The position numbers were made by a program, and so were the translations under genes. 64,000 bases of DNA from Eledone cirrhosa. Taxonomy: Eukaryota. How positions within the stretch are numbered: the stretch's first letter is position 1; every line of letters starts with the position of its first letter. The stretch lies in assembly GCA_964016885.1 (NCBI GenBank), contig OZ024744.1, positions 89,900,001 to 89,964,000 of the forward strand, given 5' to 3'. The notes beneath the pieces were generated by a model that was given only the letters and a program-made list of their open reading frames with translations, had not been told where the DNA came from and searched no databases. Below, one piece after another: positions 61,997 through 64,000 of this stretch.

Positions 61997-63945
61997 GCCC
62001 ACACCACCACAGCCCACACCACCACAGCCCACACCACCACAGCCCACACCACCACAGCCCACACCACCACAGTCCACACCACCACAGCCCAGCCCACCAC
62101 AGCCCAGCCCAGCCCACCACAGCCCAGCCCACTCCACTACAGCCCACACCAGAACCACAGCCCACACCACCACAGCCCACACCACCACACCACCACAACA
62201 CCATAGCCCACACCACCACAGCCCACACCACCACACCACCACAATACCATAGCCCACACCACCACAGCCCACACCACCACACCACCAGAGCCCAACCCAC
62301 ACCACCACACCACCACAGTCCACACCACCACACCACCACACCACCACAGCCCAAACCACAGCCCAACCCACACCACCAAACCAGCACAGCCTACACCACC
62401 ACACCACCACACCACCATAGCCCAGCCCACACCACCACAGCCCACAACACCACAGCCCACAACACCACAGCCCACACCACCACAGCCCACACCACCACAG
62501 CCCAGCCCACACCACCACAGCCAGCCCACACCACCACACCACCACAGCCCACACCACCACAGCCCACACCACCACAGCCCACACCACCACAGCCCACACC
62601 ACCACACCATCACACCACCACAGCCAGCCCACACCACCACAGCCTACACCACCACAGCCCAGCCCACCACACCATCACACCACCACAGCCAGCCCACACC
62701 ACCACAGCCCACACCACCACACCATCACACCACCACAGCCAGCCCACACCACCACAGCCCACACCACCACAGCCCAGCCCACTACAGCCCAGACCACCAC
62801 AGCCCACACCACCACAGCCCACAACACCACAGCCCACACCACCACAACCCACACCACCACAGCCCACACCACCACAGCCCACAACACCACAGCCCACAAC
62901 ACCACAGCCCACACCACCACAGCCCACACCACCACAGCCCACACCACCACAGCCCACAACACCACAGCCCACACCACCACAGCCTACACCACCACAGCCC
63001 ATACCACCACACCACCACAGCCCACAACACCACAGCCCACACCACCACAGCCCACACCACCACAGCCCACACCACCACAGCCCACACCACCACAGCCCAC
63101 AACACCACAGCCCACAACACCACAGCCCACACCACCACAGCCTACACCACCACAGCCCATACCACCACACCACCACAGCCCACAACACCACAGCCCACAC
63201 CACCACAGCCCACACCACCACAGCCCACACCACCACAGCCCACAACACCACAGCCCACAACACCACAGCCCACACCACCACAGCCCACACCACCACAGCC
63301 CACAACACCACAGCCCACAACACCACAGCCCACACCACCACAGCCCACACCACCACAGCCCACAACACCACAGCCCACACCACCACAGCCCACACCACCA
63401 CAGCCCACACCACCACAGCCCACACCACCACAGCCCACAACACCACAGCCCACAACACCACAGCCCACAACACCACAGCCCACGCCACCACAGCCCAGCC
63501 CACACCACCACAGCCCACATCACCAACACAGCCCACACCACCACACCACCACAGTCCACACCACCACACCACCACAGCCCACAACACCACAGCCCACACC
63601 ACCACAGCCCACAACACCACAGCCCACGCCACCACAGCCCACGCCACCACAGCCCAGCCCACACCACCACAGCCCACACCACCACCACAGCCCACACCAC
63701 CACATCACCACAGCCCACAACACCACAGCCCACACCACCACAGCCCACACCACCACATCCCACACCACCACAGCCCACACCACCGCATCCCAGACCACCA
63801 CAGCCCACAACACCACAGCCCACAACACCACAGCCCACGCCACCACAGCCCAGCCCACACCACCACAGCCCACACCACCACCACAGCCCACACCACCACA
63901 CCACCGTAGTCCACATCACCACAGCCCACACCTCCACACACCACA
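61997..63945. repeat. ~1.95-kb minisatellite with a 15-nt unit ACACCACCACAGCCC and variants
   Basis: Direct reading; ACAACACC and CAGCCCAGCCC variant units. Confidence 0.97.
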
Positions 63946-64000
63946 GACAAACACTGGCGGTTTCATTTGTCAGATGACATCCTCTGGTCTACCGACACAT

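Noticed and set aside
60915-63950. Long Thr/His/Pro-rich and Val/Trp/Gly/Cys-rich ORFs
   Set aside because: They are open in several frames because of simple repeats and the 15-mer minisatellite.

Overview
AT-rich, microsatellite-dense eukaryotic window with no recognisable host exon; it is almost entirely nested mobile DNA. The SINE body and the LINE mix suggest a coleoid cephalopod, probably an octopus (inference). Main elements: a complete but frameshifted Helitron (2759-9397, minus; TC...hairpin-CTAG in an A|T target) with non-autonomous relatives. A (CATA)n nest (12.7-21.6 kb) holds R4/Dong-type RLE retrotransposons, including one near-intact 4.2-kb copy, interleaved on the opposite strand with short RTE-derived elements whose 5' end fits an HDV-like ribozyme. 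Also present: a CRE-like element; a Dong-like fragment in (TAA)n joined tail-to-tail to an L1/Tx1 element with an almost intact ORF2; many Penelope-like (PLE) remnants with hammerhead motifs and fold-back arms; many tRNA-SINE copies, some forming a 1.1-kb palindrome; a 5S pseudogene; a mariner-like MITE; and a terminal 15-mer minisatellite. All alignments and RNA folds were done by eye, so boundaries are approximate unless the junction is quoted.
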